Assembly: GCA_035341015.1 (NCBI GenBank)
Contig: DAOQUL010000002.1
Location: forward strand, 43,360-107,359
Origin: Anaerolineales bacterium
Lineage (GTDB): Bacteria > Chloroflexota > Anaerolineae > Anaerolineales > UBA4823
Reading direction: 5' to 3'
DNA length: 64,000 nucleotides
A program made the position numbers and the translations under genes. This document shows positions 1 through 8,752 of this stretch, piece after piece (position 1 is the first letter of the stretch; each line of letters begins with the position of its first letter). Below the pieces are notes generated by a model. It saw only the letters and a program-made list of their open reading frames with translations, had not been told where the DNA came from and searched no databases.

Positions 1-881
1 TCCGCAAAGTGTTAGTAGACGAAGCATCTGATATAAAGAATGAGATTTACCTTGGTATCACCAATGACCGGTCTGCGCGCAAACCGGTCATCATGGCGTC
101 ATCTGCCGGCGGCGTAGAAATTGAAGAAGTGGCCCGGGTATCGCCAGAAAAAATCATCAAAGTGCACATTGACCCCTTGCTAGGGCTGAGAGATTACCAG
201 GCGCGCGACATTGCAGCTGGGATCGACCTGCCGCGTGAACACTGGAGGCTGTTCAGCCAGATCACGAAAGGCTTATGGCAGGCGTATATCGACAACGATG
301 CAACCCTGGCCGAGATCAACCCCCTGGTCATCACCCACGATAACCACCTGGTGGCCCTGGATGGCAAGATGGTGCTCGACGACAATGCCCTGTTCCGACA
401 CCCAGAGCTGGCCGAGATCCGCGACCTGGATATCGAAGCCCCTGCCGAGATCGACGCCCGCAAGTACGGCCTGACCTTCATCAAGCTGGACGGCAATATT
501 GGGTGCATGGTGAATGGGGCCGGGTTGGCAATGACCACCATGGACATCATCAAATTGTTCGGCGGCGAGCCGGCCAACTTCCTGGACATTGGTGGGGGCG
601 CCGGTGCAGATAAAGTTGCCGCCGCCATGCGCATCATCTTGTCGGACCCCAATGTCAAAACCGTGCTATTCAACGTTTTCGGCGGTATCACCCGCTGCGA
701 CGAGGTGGCACGCGGCATCCTGGCTGCCATTGATGAGGTCAAACCCAAAGTACCCATGGTCGTGCGCCTGGTGGGCACCAATGCTGAAGAAGGCCTTAAG
801 CTGCTTGAAAATGCCCACATGATCACCGCCGAAACCCTGGCCGACGCCGCCCAAAAGGCCGTTGCAGCCGCCAAGTCTTAG
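1..881 (+). CDS. sucC: succinyl-CoA synthetase beta subunit, 5'-truncated by window edge
   Basis: The reading frame is open to the window edge. Motifs [15 protein letters not shown] and [11 protein letters not shown] are typical of the SucC C-terminal half. sucD starts 21 nt downstream. Confidence 0.9.
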   Translation, partial: RKVLVDEASDIKNEIYLGITNDRSARKPVIMASSAGGVEIEEVARVSPEKIIKVHIDPLLGLRDYQARDIAAGIDLPREHWRLFSQITKGLWQAYIDNDATLAEINPLVITHDNHLVALDGKMVLDDNALFRHPELAEIRDLDIEAPAEIDARKYGLTFIKLDGNIGCMVNGAGLAMTTMDIIKLFGGEPANFLDIGGGAGADKVAAAMRIILSDPNVKTVLFNVFGGITRCDEVARGILAAIDEVKPKVPMVVRLVGTNAEEGLKLLENAHMITAETLADAAQKAVAAAKS

Positions 882-902
882 GGCAAAGGAAGGTTATTAC
901 TC

Positions 903-1769
903 ATGAGCATCTTGGTTAACAAAAATACTCGCCTGTTGGTGCAAGGCATCACCGGCAATGAAGGGCTGTTCCATACCGAGCAAATGGTGGCTTACGGCAC
1001 CACTGTGGTGGCTGGGGTAACCCCGGGTAAAGGCGGCGAATGGGTGATGGATGGCAAGATCCCGGTCTTCGACTGCGTCAAACTGGCTGTAGAAGCCACC
1101 GGCGCCAATACCAGCATCATCTTTGTCCCGGCTCGTTTCTCGGCCGACGCGATCTTCGAAGCCGCCGATGCTGGAATTCCCCTCATTATATGTATTACCG
1201 AGGGCATCCCGGTGCAGGATATGATGCGGGTTCGCAACTACCTGGATACCAAAAAGGTGCGCCTGCTTGGGCCGAACTGCCCAGGCCTGATTACCCCTGG
1301 CGAAGCCAAGGTAGGGATCATCCCTGGCAATATCGCCATCCCCGGCAACGTGGGCGTTGTCTCTCGCTCGGGCACATTAACTTACGAGGTCGTGTATGCG
1401 CTCAAGCTCTTGGGGCGTGGTGTCAGCACCTGTGTAGGCATTGGCGGCGACCCGATCAATGGCACCAACTTTATTGACTGCCTGGAGATGTTTGAAGCCG
1501 ATCCTTACACAGAGAAAGTGGTCTTGATTGGCGAGATTGGCGGTACAGATGAAGAGAAAGCGGCTGAGTTTATCTCAAAGTATATGACGAAGCCGGTGGT
1601 AGCTTTCATCGCAGGGCAAACCGCCCCTCCCGGCAAGCGCATGGGGCACGCCGGGGCCATTGTCGAGGGTGGGTCGGGCCTGGCAGCCGATAAGGTCAGG
1701 GCACTCGAGGCTGCCGGTGTGCGGGTGGCAACGCACCCAGAAGAAATCCCCGGGTTATTGATCAACTGA
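903..1769 (+). CDS. sucD: succinyl-CoA synthetase alpha subunit
   Basis: 288 aa. It carries the CoA-binding motif QGITGNEG, the SRSGTLTYE motif and the phosphohistidine loop MGHAGAI. Confidence 0.92.
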   Translation: MSILVNKNTRLLVQGITGNEGLFHTEQMVAYGTTVVAGVTPGKGGEWVMDGKIPVFDCVKLAVEATGANTSIIFVPARFSADAIFEAADAGIPLIICITEGIPVQDMMRVRNYLDTKKVRLLGPNCPGLITPGEAKVGIIPGNIAIPGNVGVVSRSGTLTYEVVYALKLLGRGVSTCVGIGGDPINGTNFIDCLEMFEADPYTEKVVLIGEIGGTDEEKAAEFISKYMTKPVVAFIAGQTAPPGKRMGHAGAIVEGGSGLAADKVRALEAAGVRVATHPEEIPGLLIN

Positions 1770-1795
1770 TCTCAACTGCCTGGCTCTATTAAGCA

Positions 1796-1837
1796 AACAA
1801 GGATGAAGCGGTGCTGGTGCATCGCTTCATCCTTGTT
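1796..1837. terminator. bidirectional intrinsic terminator between convergent sucD and acpP
   Basis: Arms 1796-1814 and 1819-1837 form a 19-bp stem (one G-U pair) around the tetraloop tggt. T-rich sequence (attgtgttgtttgtt) follows on the plus strand. Confidence 0.7.
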
Positions 1838-1856
1838 ATTGTGTTGTTTGTTAATG

Positions 1857-2108
1857 CTATGCTTGATGAGACTGCATGTACTCGACAGCCTGGGCAACGG
1901 TCTTGATCTGCTGAGCTTCCTCATCAGAAATCTCGCCGCCAAACTCGTCTTCAAAGGCCATGATCAACTCGACCAGGTCGAGCGAATCTGCCTCAAGATC
2001 CTCGCGAAAGCGCGCTTCCATGACCACCTTCGCTTCATCAACACCCAACATATTCACGATGATGCTCTTGATCTTCTCGTAGATATCATCGTTAGATAAC
2101 TTCGCCAT
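1857..2108 (-). CDS. acpP: acyl carrier protein
   Basis: 83 aa counted from the internal ATG at 2108, which is preceded by AGGAGG. The phosphopantetheine-attachment motif EADSLDLVE is present. The longer ORF reaching 2240 lacks an SD and runs through the promoter. Confidence 0.9.
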   Translation of the reverse strand: MAKLSNDDIYEKIKSIIVNMLGVDEAKVVMEARFREDLEADSLDLVELIMAFEDEFGGEISDEEAQQIKTVAQAVEYMQSHQA

Positions 2109-2145
2109 ATATGCCTCCTTATTAATGGTTAATCTTGACTTGGCA

Positions 2146-2173
2146 ATTGTAACCAGGGTTGTCAATCTGTCAA
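2146..2173 (-). promoter_or_regulatory. sigma70-type promoter for acpP
   Basis: On the minus strand, TTGACA (2173-2168) is followed by a 16-nt spacer and TACAAT (2151-2146). This lies about 38 nt upstream of the acpP ATG. Confidence 0.6.
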
Positions 2174-2191
2174 GCCCCACGCGCCAGTTGG

Positions 2192-2220
2192 TTGACAGGC
2201 CCGAATCAGGCTGGTAAGAT
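2192..2220 (+). promoter_or_regulatory. sigma70-type promoter for fni and the polyprenyl synthase gene
   Basis: TTGACA (2192-2197) is followed by a 17-nt spacer and TAAGAT (2215-2220). It sits back-to-back with the acpP promoter. Confidence 0.55.
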
Positions 2221-2246
2221 TGCCTACAAGACAGGAACACCCCATC

Positions 2247-3281
2247 ATGCCAGAAGTTACGCCCATCAGCTCACGAAAACTAGACCACATTCGGATCAAC
2301 CTGGATAAGGATGTCCGGTCGGGTCTGACCAATGGGCTGGAGCATTACCGGTTCATACACCGGGCCTTACCAGAATTGAACCTGGAAGATGTGCGCCTGG
2401 AACAAAAATTGTTTGGGCGGCTGGTTAAATCTCCAATTCTGATCTCATCGATGACCGGTGGGACAGATGAAGCCGCGGCAATCAACCGCACACTGGCTGC
2501 CGCAGCCCAACAATGCGGTGTGGCGATGGGCCTGGGGTCGCAGCGGGCTGCCATCCAGCACCCTGAGCTGGCTGCCACATTCCAGGTGCGCAAGGTGGCG
2601 CCCGATATTCTCTTATTTGCTAACCTGGGGGCAGTGCAGCTTACCCTCGGCTATGGGGTCGATGAATGTCGCCGGGCGGTTGACATGATCCAGGCAGATG
2701 CGCTGATCTTGCACCTCAATGCCCTGCAAGAGGCCGTTCAACCAGAAGGGGAAGCCTGCTTTGACGGCCTGTTGAAGAAGATTGAAGCCGTGTGCAAGGC
2801 CCTGCCCGTGCCCGTGATCGCCAAGGAAGTTGGCTGGGGCTTCTCACCCACCGACGCCGCCCTGCTGGCCCAGGCAGGTGTAGCCGCCATTGATGTTGCC
2901 GGAGCGGGGGGCACATCTTGGAGCCAGGTGGAAATGCACCGGGCGCAGAACGACAGCCAGAAGCGGCTGGCAGCGGCCTTTGTCGATTGGGGCATTCCAA
3001 CCGCCCAAGCCATCCAAAATGTCAGCCAGGCCGCACCCGGGCTACCGATCATTGCATCTGGCGGCCTGCGAGATGGGGTCGAGATTGCCAAATGCCTGGC
3101 CTTGGGCGCAGTGATGGGCGGCATGGCAGGACCCTTTTTGCAGGCGGCGGTTCAATCCGTCGACGCAACCATCCAATTGCTCAATGAGATTCGGCGAGAG
3201 ATCCAGGTGTGCCTGTTTGCCACCGGCTCTGCCGACCTGGATGCTTTGAGACAAAACAAGCTGGAACGCCATGACTCTTGA
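2247..3281 (+). CDS. fni: isopentenyl-diphosphate delta-isomerase, type 2 (FMN-dependent)
   Basis: Motifs [15 protein letters not shown] and ASGGLRDG are present in a TIM-barrel-sized protein. I prefer ATG 2247 over TTG 2220 because the predicted -10 box ends at 2220. Confidence 0.85.
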   Translation: MPEVTPISSRKLDHIRINLDKDVRSGLTNGLEHYRFIHRALPELNLEDVRLEQKLFGRLVKSPILISSMTGGTDEAAAINRTLAAAAQQCGVAMGLGSQRAAIQHPELAATFQVRKVAPDILLFANLGAVQLTLGYGVDECRRAVDMIQADALILHLNALQEAVQPEGEACFDGLLKKIEAVCKALPVPVIAKEVGWGFSPTDAALLAQAGVAAIDVAGAGGTSWSQVEMHRAQNDSQKRLAAAFVDWGIPTAQAIQNVSQAAPGLPIIASGGLRDGVEIAKCLALGAVMGGMAGPFLQAAVQSVDATIQLLNEIRREIQVCLFATGSADLDALRQNKLERHDS

Positions 3282-4284
3282 AAAACTGTCGCAAACCTAC
3301 ATACCGGCTATCGAAAATGGTCTCCAGAACGCGGTAGCAAGTGCCGCGGGTGAAGGAGCGCATGAGCTGAGCAGTATGCTGGCCTACCACATGGGCTGGG
3401 AGGGAGAAGGGGCCGGCCCGGCTGCGCGCGGCAAGCGCATCCGCCCGTTGTTGGTACTGCTGACCACGGCAGCAGCAGGCGGAGCCTGGCAAGCAGCTAT
3501 ACCGGCAGGCGTGGCGGTGGAGCTGGTGCACAACTTTTCACTGATCCACGATGATATTGAGGATAACAGCCCGCTGCGCAGAGGCCGCCTGACCGTTTGG
3601 AAGAAGTGGAACGTCGCACATGCCATCAACGCAGGCGATTCGATGTTCACCCTGGCACACCTAGAAATCCTGCGCACCCAAGAGATGGCCTCTCTGGACG
3701 TGACCCTACAAGCGGCGCAAGTTTTACACCGGGCCTGTTTACACCTGACCCAAGGACAGTACCTGGACCTATCGTATGAAAACCGCCAGGAATTGGGACA
3801 GGCCGACTATTGGCCCATGGTGAACGGGAAAACCGCTTCTCTTTTGGCCGCCTGCACCGAACTGGGGGCTTTGATCGCCCAGGCTGACCCAGCCACACGC
3901 CAGAGCTACCGCCAATTTGGGCAGTCGTTGGGGTTGGCCTTTCAGGTTCAAGATGATCTCTTGGGCATTTGGGGGCAATTAGAATTAACTGGTAAATCGG
4001 CCGAGAGCGACCTGGTAGCCGGCAAGAAATCTCTGCCCATCCTATATGGTTTAAGCCAGCAGGGTAAGTTTTACCAACGCTGGACCCAGGGACCAATTCG
4101 GGCAGACGAGGCAAGTGAGATTGCCCGGGTGCTGGAAGATGAAGGCGGGCGCGATGAAACCCAACGCCATGCCGACCGCCTGACCCGGCAAGCTCTGCAA
4201 GCCCTTGAAGACGCCAAACCCAGCGGCGAGGCCGGGGCCGCCCTGCGTGAATTGGCCGATCTGCTGCTTAAACGCCAGGCCTGA
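3271..4284 (+). CDS. polyprenyl (geranylgeranyl-type) diphosphate synthase
   Basis: 337 aa. Two Asp-rich motifs are present: LIHDDIEDNSPLRRG and FQVQDDLLG. It overlaps the fni stop by 11 nt. Confidence 0.85.
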   Translation: MTLEKLSQTYIPAIENGLQNAVASAAGEGAHELSSMLAYHMGWEGEGAGPAARGKRIRPLLVLLTTAAAGGAWQAAIPAGVAVELVHNFSLIHDDIEDNSPLRRGRLTVWKKWNVAHAINAGDSMFTLAHLEILRTQEMASLDVTLQAAQVLHRACLHLTQGQYLDLSYENRQELGQADYWPMVNGKTASLLAACTELGALIAQADPATRQSYRQFGQSLGLAFQVQDDLLGIWGQLELTGKSAESDLVAGKKSLPILYGLSQQGKFYQRWTQGPIRADEASEIARVLEDEGGRDETQRHADRLTRQALQALEDAKPSGEAGAALRELADLLLKRQA

Positions 4285-4286
4285 AG

Positions 4287-5480
4287 TTAAATAAATTCCA
4301 TGAACACACGGTTGCCCAACAGACGCCCACGTTGGGTCAACCGCAGACTCGTCTGCGGCTCTCGAACCCATTCCAGCAGGCCCTGGCCTACCAGGCGCTC
4401 GATTGCCACGCCATAAGCGCTTTGCAAGCTGACCCCAAAACGTTCCTCAAACCCTAATGCGCCAACCCCCTGTCGCACCAGGCGCAGGCCCATCATCATG
4501 GTCTCACCCATTTCGGCCTGCCGGTCGATGACGATGGCATTGGCTGTAGCCGGGGTATGGGGGAAAGCCGGGCGAGGCTTTTCATCCAGCGCTGACAGAC
4601 GTTGAATATAATCTGCCGGCGATAAGACATTCGCCGTGCGCACCCCACTGGCATATCCGTGGGCCCCCGCCCCCAGGCCCAGGTAAGGTTGGTTGCGCCA
4701 ATACTGCAAATTGTGGAGGCAAGCCATAGGCTGCCCAGCGGCATCCAACCGCGCCCAGTTCGAGATTTCATACTGGGCCATGCCCGCTGCCTCCAATCGC
4801 TGGCTGGCATACTCGTACATATCAGCCGCCAGGTCTTCATCGGGGGTATCCAACAGGCCGCGCCCAACCCAGCGCTGCATGGGCGTGCCCTGCTCAAGGG
4901 TCAGCGCATACAGCGAGAGATGATCTGGGTTGAGCGCCAGGGCGGCATCCAGCGTCTTCAGCCAGTTCTCTAATGCCTGGCCCGGCAAGCCGTAGATCAG
5001 GTCCAGGCTCAGATTCTCAAAACCAGCCTGGCGCGCCCAGCCTACCGCCCGGATCACATCTTGCAGATCGTGCACGCGCTCTAACAAACGCAGTTCGGCG
5101 GTATCTGCCGACTGCATACCCAGGCTGAGGCGGTTCACCCCCCAGGCTCGCAAATTGCGCAGCATAGCCAACGATACGGTACCGGGATTGGCTTCAAGAG
5201 AAATCTCTGCGCCGGGCTGCAAGTCGAACGCTTCCGCCAGCGCCCCCAGGATCTGCCCCACAGCATGCGGGGCGAGCAAAGAGGGGGTGCCTCCGCCGAA
5301 GAAAATTGTATGCACCGGCAAACGCTTGCCCACTGCCTCCGCCAGGTAAGCCGCCTCTCGGCAAAGAGCGTCAACGTACCCAGGGATCAGTTTCTCCAGG
5401 TTGGCATAGGTGTTAAAATCGCAGTAAGCGCAGCGGCGCACACAAAAAGGGATGTGCAGATAAATGCTGTAGGGCAACAT
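4287..5480 (-). CDS. hemW: radical SAM HemN-family protein (heme chaperone HemW-like)
   Basis: 397 aa. The N-terminal radical-SAM motif CVRRCAYCDF and the GGGTPS motif are present. Confidence 0.8.
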   Translation of the reverse strand: MLPYSIYLHIPFCVRRCAYCDFNTYANLEKLIPGYVDALCREAAYLAEAVGKRLPVHTIFFGGGTPSLLAPHAVGQILGALAEAFDLQPGAEISLEANPGTVSLAMLRNLRAWGVNRLSLGMQSADTAELRLLERVHDLQDVIRAVGWARQAGFENLSLDLIYGLPGQALENWLKTLDAALALNPDHLSLYALTLEQGTPMQRWVGRGLLDTPDEDLAADMYEYASQRLEAAGMAQYEISNWARLDAAGQPMACLHNLQYWRNQPYLGLGAGAHGYASGVRTANVLSPADYIQRLSALDEKPRPAFPHTPATANAIVIDRQAEMGETMMMGLRLVRQGVGALGFEERFGVSLQSAYGVAIERLVGQGLLEWVREPQTSLRLTQRGRLLGNRVFMEFI

Positions 5481-5527
5481 AGAATAAGTATACCAAATTC
5501 AAGCATTGCGGATTCTTTCTTTCTGTA

Positions 5528-5536
5528 TGGTATAAT
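5528..5536 (+). promoter_or_regulatory. extended -10 promoter element (TGgTATAAT) upstream of the LysM gene
   Basis: tggtataat spans 5528-5536, about 38 nt before ATG 5574. Only a weak -35 (TTGCGG, 19-nt spacer) is visible. Confidence 0.4.
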
Positions 5537-5573
5537 CCGCCAAGTCTGGTCCATTCCCAGCCATAAAAATATC

Positions 5574-6725
5574 ATGAGTCCTGAAAACCCTACATCCACA
5601 AAACTTTGCCCCACCTGCGGCACGCGCCTCAGCGCAGATGCAACTCGCTGCCTGGTGTGTGGTGCTGACCTGGGGAGCAGCGAAAAACAAGCTCCCGCAA
5701 CCAAAGGCGTGCAAGGCAGCCGTATGCCATCTGTCACGCTGAGCCTGCCGGCTGCCATTGGGCTGTTGGCGCTCTTTTTGACCATTGGCGCAGTTCTGGT
5801 GTACTTTGCCCTAAAACAAACACCTGAGGTGATCGTCCCGGCTACCGCCACACCAACGGCCACCATGACCACCACGCCAACCCTCACCACCACCCCGGTG
5901 CCGCCCACCACTACTTATACCCCTGAGCCGAGCGCCACACCGCAAACCTATCTCGTCCAAGAGAACGATACCTGCCTGGGAATTGCGGCCTTTTTTGGCG
6001 TTTCGGTGCAGAGCATTGTTACGTTGAACGGCCTGCCTGCGGCGTGCGACACCTTATACATCAACCAGCCGCTTCTCATTCCTCAACCCACCCCCACCGT
6101 TACCCCCTTGCCATCTGCCACCTTTAGCCCTGCTGAGCAAACAGAGGCTGCCTGCGAAAAGATCAACTATGTGGTCCAGGCAAATGATACCCTGGGTGGA
6201 ATTGCCGCCAACTACGACGTTCCCATGGAAGCCATTCGCGCAGAGAACGGCCTGCCTGGGGATTCGGTGTACCTGGGTCAAAATATCGTCATCCCGCTCT
6301 GCAAGCGTGCAGCTACCCCGGGGCCATCCCCCACCCCCACCCTGCCGCCGCCCTACCCGGCGCCCAGCCTGCTGCTGCCGCCTGATGGCGCACCCTTTAC
6401 GCTGGCAAATGACAGCATCACCCTGCAGTGGGCATCTGTGGGCACCTTGCGCGAAAACGAAGCCTATGCGGTCAGCGTGATTGACCTGACAGGTGCGACG
6501 GGCGATACGATGACGGATTATGTCACCGATACCAAGTACATTGTACCCGCTGCTTTGCGCCCATACGACAACGTGCCGCATGTCTTCCGCTGGTGGGTGA
6601 GCGTTGTCCGGCAGACCAGCACCGATGAAAGCGGCAACCCGGTTTGGGAATCAGCAGGCACAGCCAGCGCGGGGCGCGTCTTCACCTGGTCTGGCGCTGC
6701 CAGCGCGGCAACCCCAACGCCGTAA
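5574..6725 (+). CDS. membrane-anchored zinc-ribbon / 2x LysM peptidoglycan-binding protein
   Basis: I start it at internal ATG 5574, because the upstream part of the ORF overlaps hemW. The protein has an N-terminal CPTCG..x..CLVCG zinc ribbon, one TM helix and a Thr/Pro linker. Two LysM-like blocks follow (YLVQENDTCLGIAAFFGV..., YVVQANDTLGGIAANYDV...). Confidence 0.75.
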   Translation: MSPENPTSTKLCPTCGTRLSADATRCLVCGADLGSSEKQAPATKGVQGSRMPSVTLSLPAAIGLLALFLTIGAVLVYFALKQTPEVIVPATATPTATMTTTPTLTTTPVPPTTTYTPEPSATPQTYLVQENDTCLGIAAFFGVSVQSIVTLNGLPAACDTLYINQPLLIPQPTPTVTPLPSATFSPAEQTEAACEKINYVVQANDTLGGIAANYDVPMEAIRAENGLPGDSVYLGQNIVIPLCKRAATPGPSPTPTLPPPYPAPSLLLPPDGAPFTLANDSITLQWASVGTLRENEAYAVSVIDLTGATGDTMTDYVTDTKYIVPAALRPYDNVPHVFRWWVSVVRQTSTDESGNPVWESAGTASAGRVFTWSGAASAATPTP

Positions 6726-6743
6726 TTCCTTAATTGTCTAAAC

Positions 6744-6782
6744 AAAAAGACGGACAGCCCACTTGCGCTGCCCGTCTTTTTA
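6744..6782. terminator. bidirectional intrinsic terminator between the LysM gene and trxB
   Basis: The stem is gacggacagc (6749-6758) paired with gctgcccgtc (6767-6776), with one mismatch. It is flanked by an A-run upstream and a T-run downstream. Confidence 0.7.
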
Positions 6783-6795
6783 TTATCCCAATCCC

Positions 6796-7761
6796 TTATG
6801 AATGCTCTTCCAGGAAACGAATCGCCTGCATACCGGCCGCGGCACCCATCCCCGCCGAGGTGATCACCTGACGATAATGAGGGTCGCCCGCCTCGCCCGC
6901 CACAAACACCCCTGGCACACTGGTGTGCATGGTGACGTCAGTTTTGATGTAGGTGTGCGCGTCCATCTCCAACTGCCCGGCAAAAAGCTGGGTATTGGGT
7001 TGGTGTCCGATAAAGATAAAGATGCCATCGGTTGGATGTTCGTGCACCTGGCCTGTTTTGACATTCTTCAAACGCACCGCCCGCACAGCTTCTTCGCCCA
7101 AGATATCGGTGGCCACAGTATCCCAAATGAAGTGGATCTTGGGCTCATCGAAGGCGCGCTTCTGTAAGATGGCCCCGGCGCGCAAACTGTCGCGACGGTG
7201 AATAATGGTCACCGAGCGGGCATGGTGGGTTAAGAAGATCGATTCTTCCAATGCACTATCGCCGCCGCCAACCACAACCACATCTTTCCCCTTGAAGAAC
7301 CACCCATCGCAGGTGGCGCAATAAGAGACACCCCGCCCGGTCAGTTCCTGTTCGCCAGGAATATCCAGGTGGACTGGGGTGGCGCCGGTCGCCACGATCA
7401 ACGTTTCAGCCTGGTATTCCCCGTTATACGTCTTGACGCGAAAAGGCCGGCTGGACAAATCCACCTCGCTGGCGGTATCGTATTCCACGCGGGCTCCAAA
7501 ACGCTCTGCCTGTTTTTGGAAGGATTCCACCAACTGCTGCCCACCCACCCCTTCGGGGAAACCCGGGTAATTCTCGACTACGTAGGTCAGCGAAACTTGT
7601 CCGCCCAGCGCCATACCGGTCAGCACAAGCGGCTCGAGGTTGGCGCGCGCCGTATATAACGCTGCCGCCAACCCGGCCGGACCCGAACCCAAAATCAACA
7701 CCTTGACATGTTGGCTGGCAGCCGCTGTGCCGCCAGGCAAACCTACCAGATTAAATTCCAT
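6796..7761 (-). CDS. trxB: thioredoxin-disulfide reductase
   Basis: I start it at ATG 7761, which has a GGAG SD. The FAD motif GSGPAG, the redox centre CATCDG and the NADPH motif GGGDSA are all present. Confidence 0.9.
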   Translation of the reverse strand: MEFNLVGLPGGTAAASQHVKVLILGSGPAGLAAALYTARANLEPLVLTGMALGGQVSLTYVVENYPGFPEGVGGQQLVESFQKQAERFGARVEYDTASEVDLSSRPFRVKTYNGEYQAETLIVATGATPVHLDIPGEQELTGRGVSYCATCDGWFFKGKDVVVVGGGDSALEESIFLTHHARSVTIIHRRDSLRAGAILQKRAFDEPKIHFIWDTVATDILGEEAVRAVRLKNVKTGQVHEHPTDGIFIFIGHQPNTQLFAGQLEMDAHTYIKTDVTMHTSVPGVFVAGEAGDPHYRQVITSAGMGAAAGMQAIRFLEEHS

Positions 7762-7777
7762 TTTGCTCCTCTCTACT

Positions 7778-8689
7778 CTAAACCACGTAATCGAGCCAGG
7801 CCTGGGCATGTTTGCCTTCGCCATGGATCGTGTCGGCAAAAGCTTTCGAAATGCTCTGGGTCACTGGGCCAACCTGGCCGCTGCCGATTGGGCGGTGATC
7901 TATCATGCGCACGCCGACCACCTCGGCCGCGGTACCGCTGATGAACACCTCATCGGCGATATAAAGCTGGTCGCGGGTGAACAGGCGCTCTTCCACGCGC
8001 AGCCCCATATCAGTCGCAAACGTAATAATGGCATCGCGAGTCAAGCCCTCTAGCACGGTAGCCAGCGGGGGGGTCCAGACAACACCCCGGCGCACCAGGA
8101 AGATGTTTTCGCCGGTACACTCGGCCACAAAGCCTTGCGGGTCCAGGATGACGGCTTCGTCATAGCCAGAGCGCAGGGCCAGGGTCTTGACCAGCATGGA
8201 GTTGACATAGTTACCGGCAACCTTTGACTTCGTCATGTTGATATTGGGGTGCAAGCGGGTGAAGGAAGAAACCATCATGTGTACGCCTTTTTGCTTGGCC
8301 TCCTCACCCAGGTAAGGACCCCATTCCCAGGCCGCAATGCCCACCCTGGGGCGAGAGTTGTCCATATTCAAGCCCAAAGGCCCCTGCAAATACATCAGCG
8401 GGCGAATATAACATTCAGTAAAGTGATTGACCTTGATCGTCTGATGCACTGCCAGGCACAGGTCTTCGACCGTATAGGGCAAACCTTGCACACCCAGGAT
8501 ATGGATGGATTCAAGGAAGCGCCGCATATGCTCTTGCAGACGGAATACAGCCGGGCCACGTGGGGTTTGATAACAGCGAATGCCCTCAAAAACACCCAGT
8601 CCGTAATGCAGGGTGGGCGTCAGGAAATGAACTGTGGCCTGCTCAAAAGGAACCAATTCGCCATCCATCCAGATAAAATCCGATTTCAT
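7778..8689 (-). CDS. ilvE: branched-chain amino acid aminotransferase (class IV)
   Basis: 303 aa. It shows fold-type IV features such as GVFEGIRCY and a KVAGNY-type PLP-lysine region. Confidence 0.85.
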   Translation of the reverse strand: MKSDFIWMDGELVPFEQATVHFLTPTLHYGLGVFEGIRCYQTPRGPAVFRLQEHMRRFLESIHILGVQGLPYTVEDLCLAVHQTIKVNHFTECYIRPLMYLQGPLGLNMDNSRPRVGIAAWEWGPYLGEEAKQKGVHMMVSSFTRLHPNINMTKSKVAGNYVNSMLVKTLALRSGYDEAVILDPQGFVAECTGENIFLVRRGVVWTPPLATVLEGLTRDAIITFATDMGLRVEERLFTRDQLYIADEVFISGTAAEVVGVRMIDHRPIGSGQVGPVTQSISKAFADTIHGEGKHAQAWLDYVV

Positions 8690-8752
8690 ACGCTTCTCCT
8701 TTTTCAGAATCTCGAACCAGGTCGAATGCTAGCCAATAATAACAAAACCCCA

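Noticed and set aside
2220-2246. A TTG start at 2220 for fni.
   Set aside because: The TTG coincides with the last base of the predicted -10 box. ATG 2247 gives a normal type-2 IDI N-terminus.
5265-5573. The N-terminal 103 codons of ORF 5265-6725, which would overlap hemW by about 216 nt.
   Set aside because: The extension has no protein-like features and runs through the divergent promoter region. The zinc-ribbon protein starts cleanly at ATG 5574.
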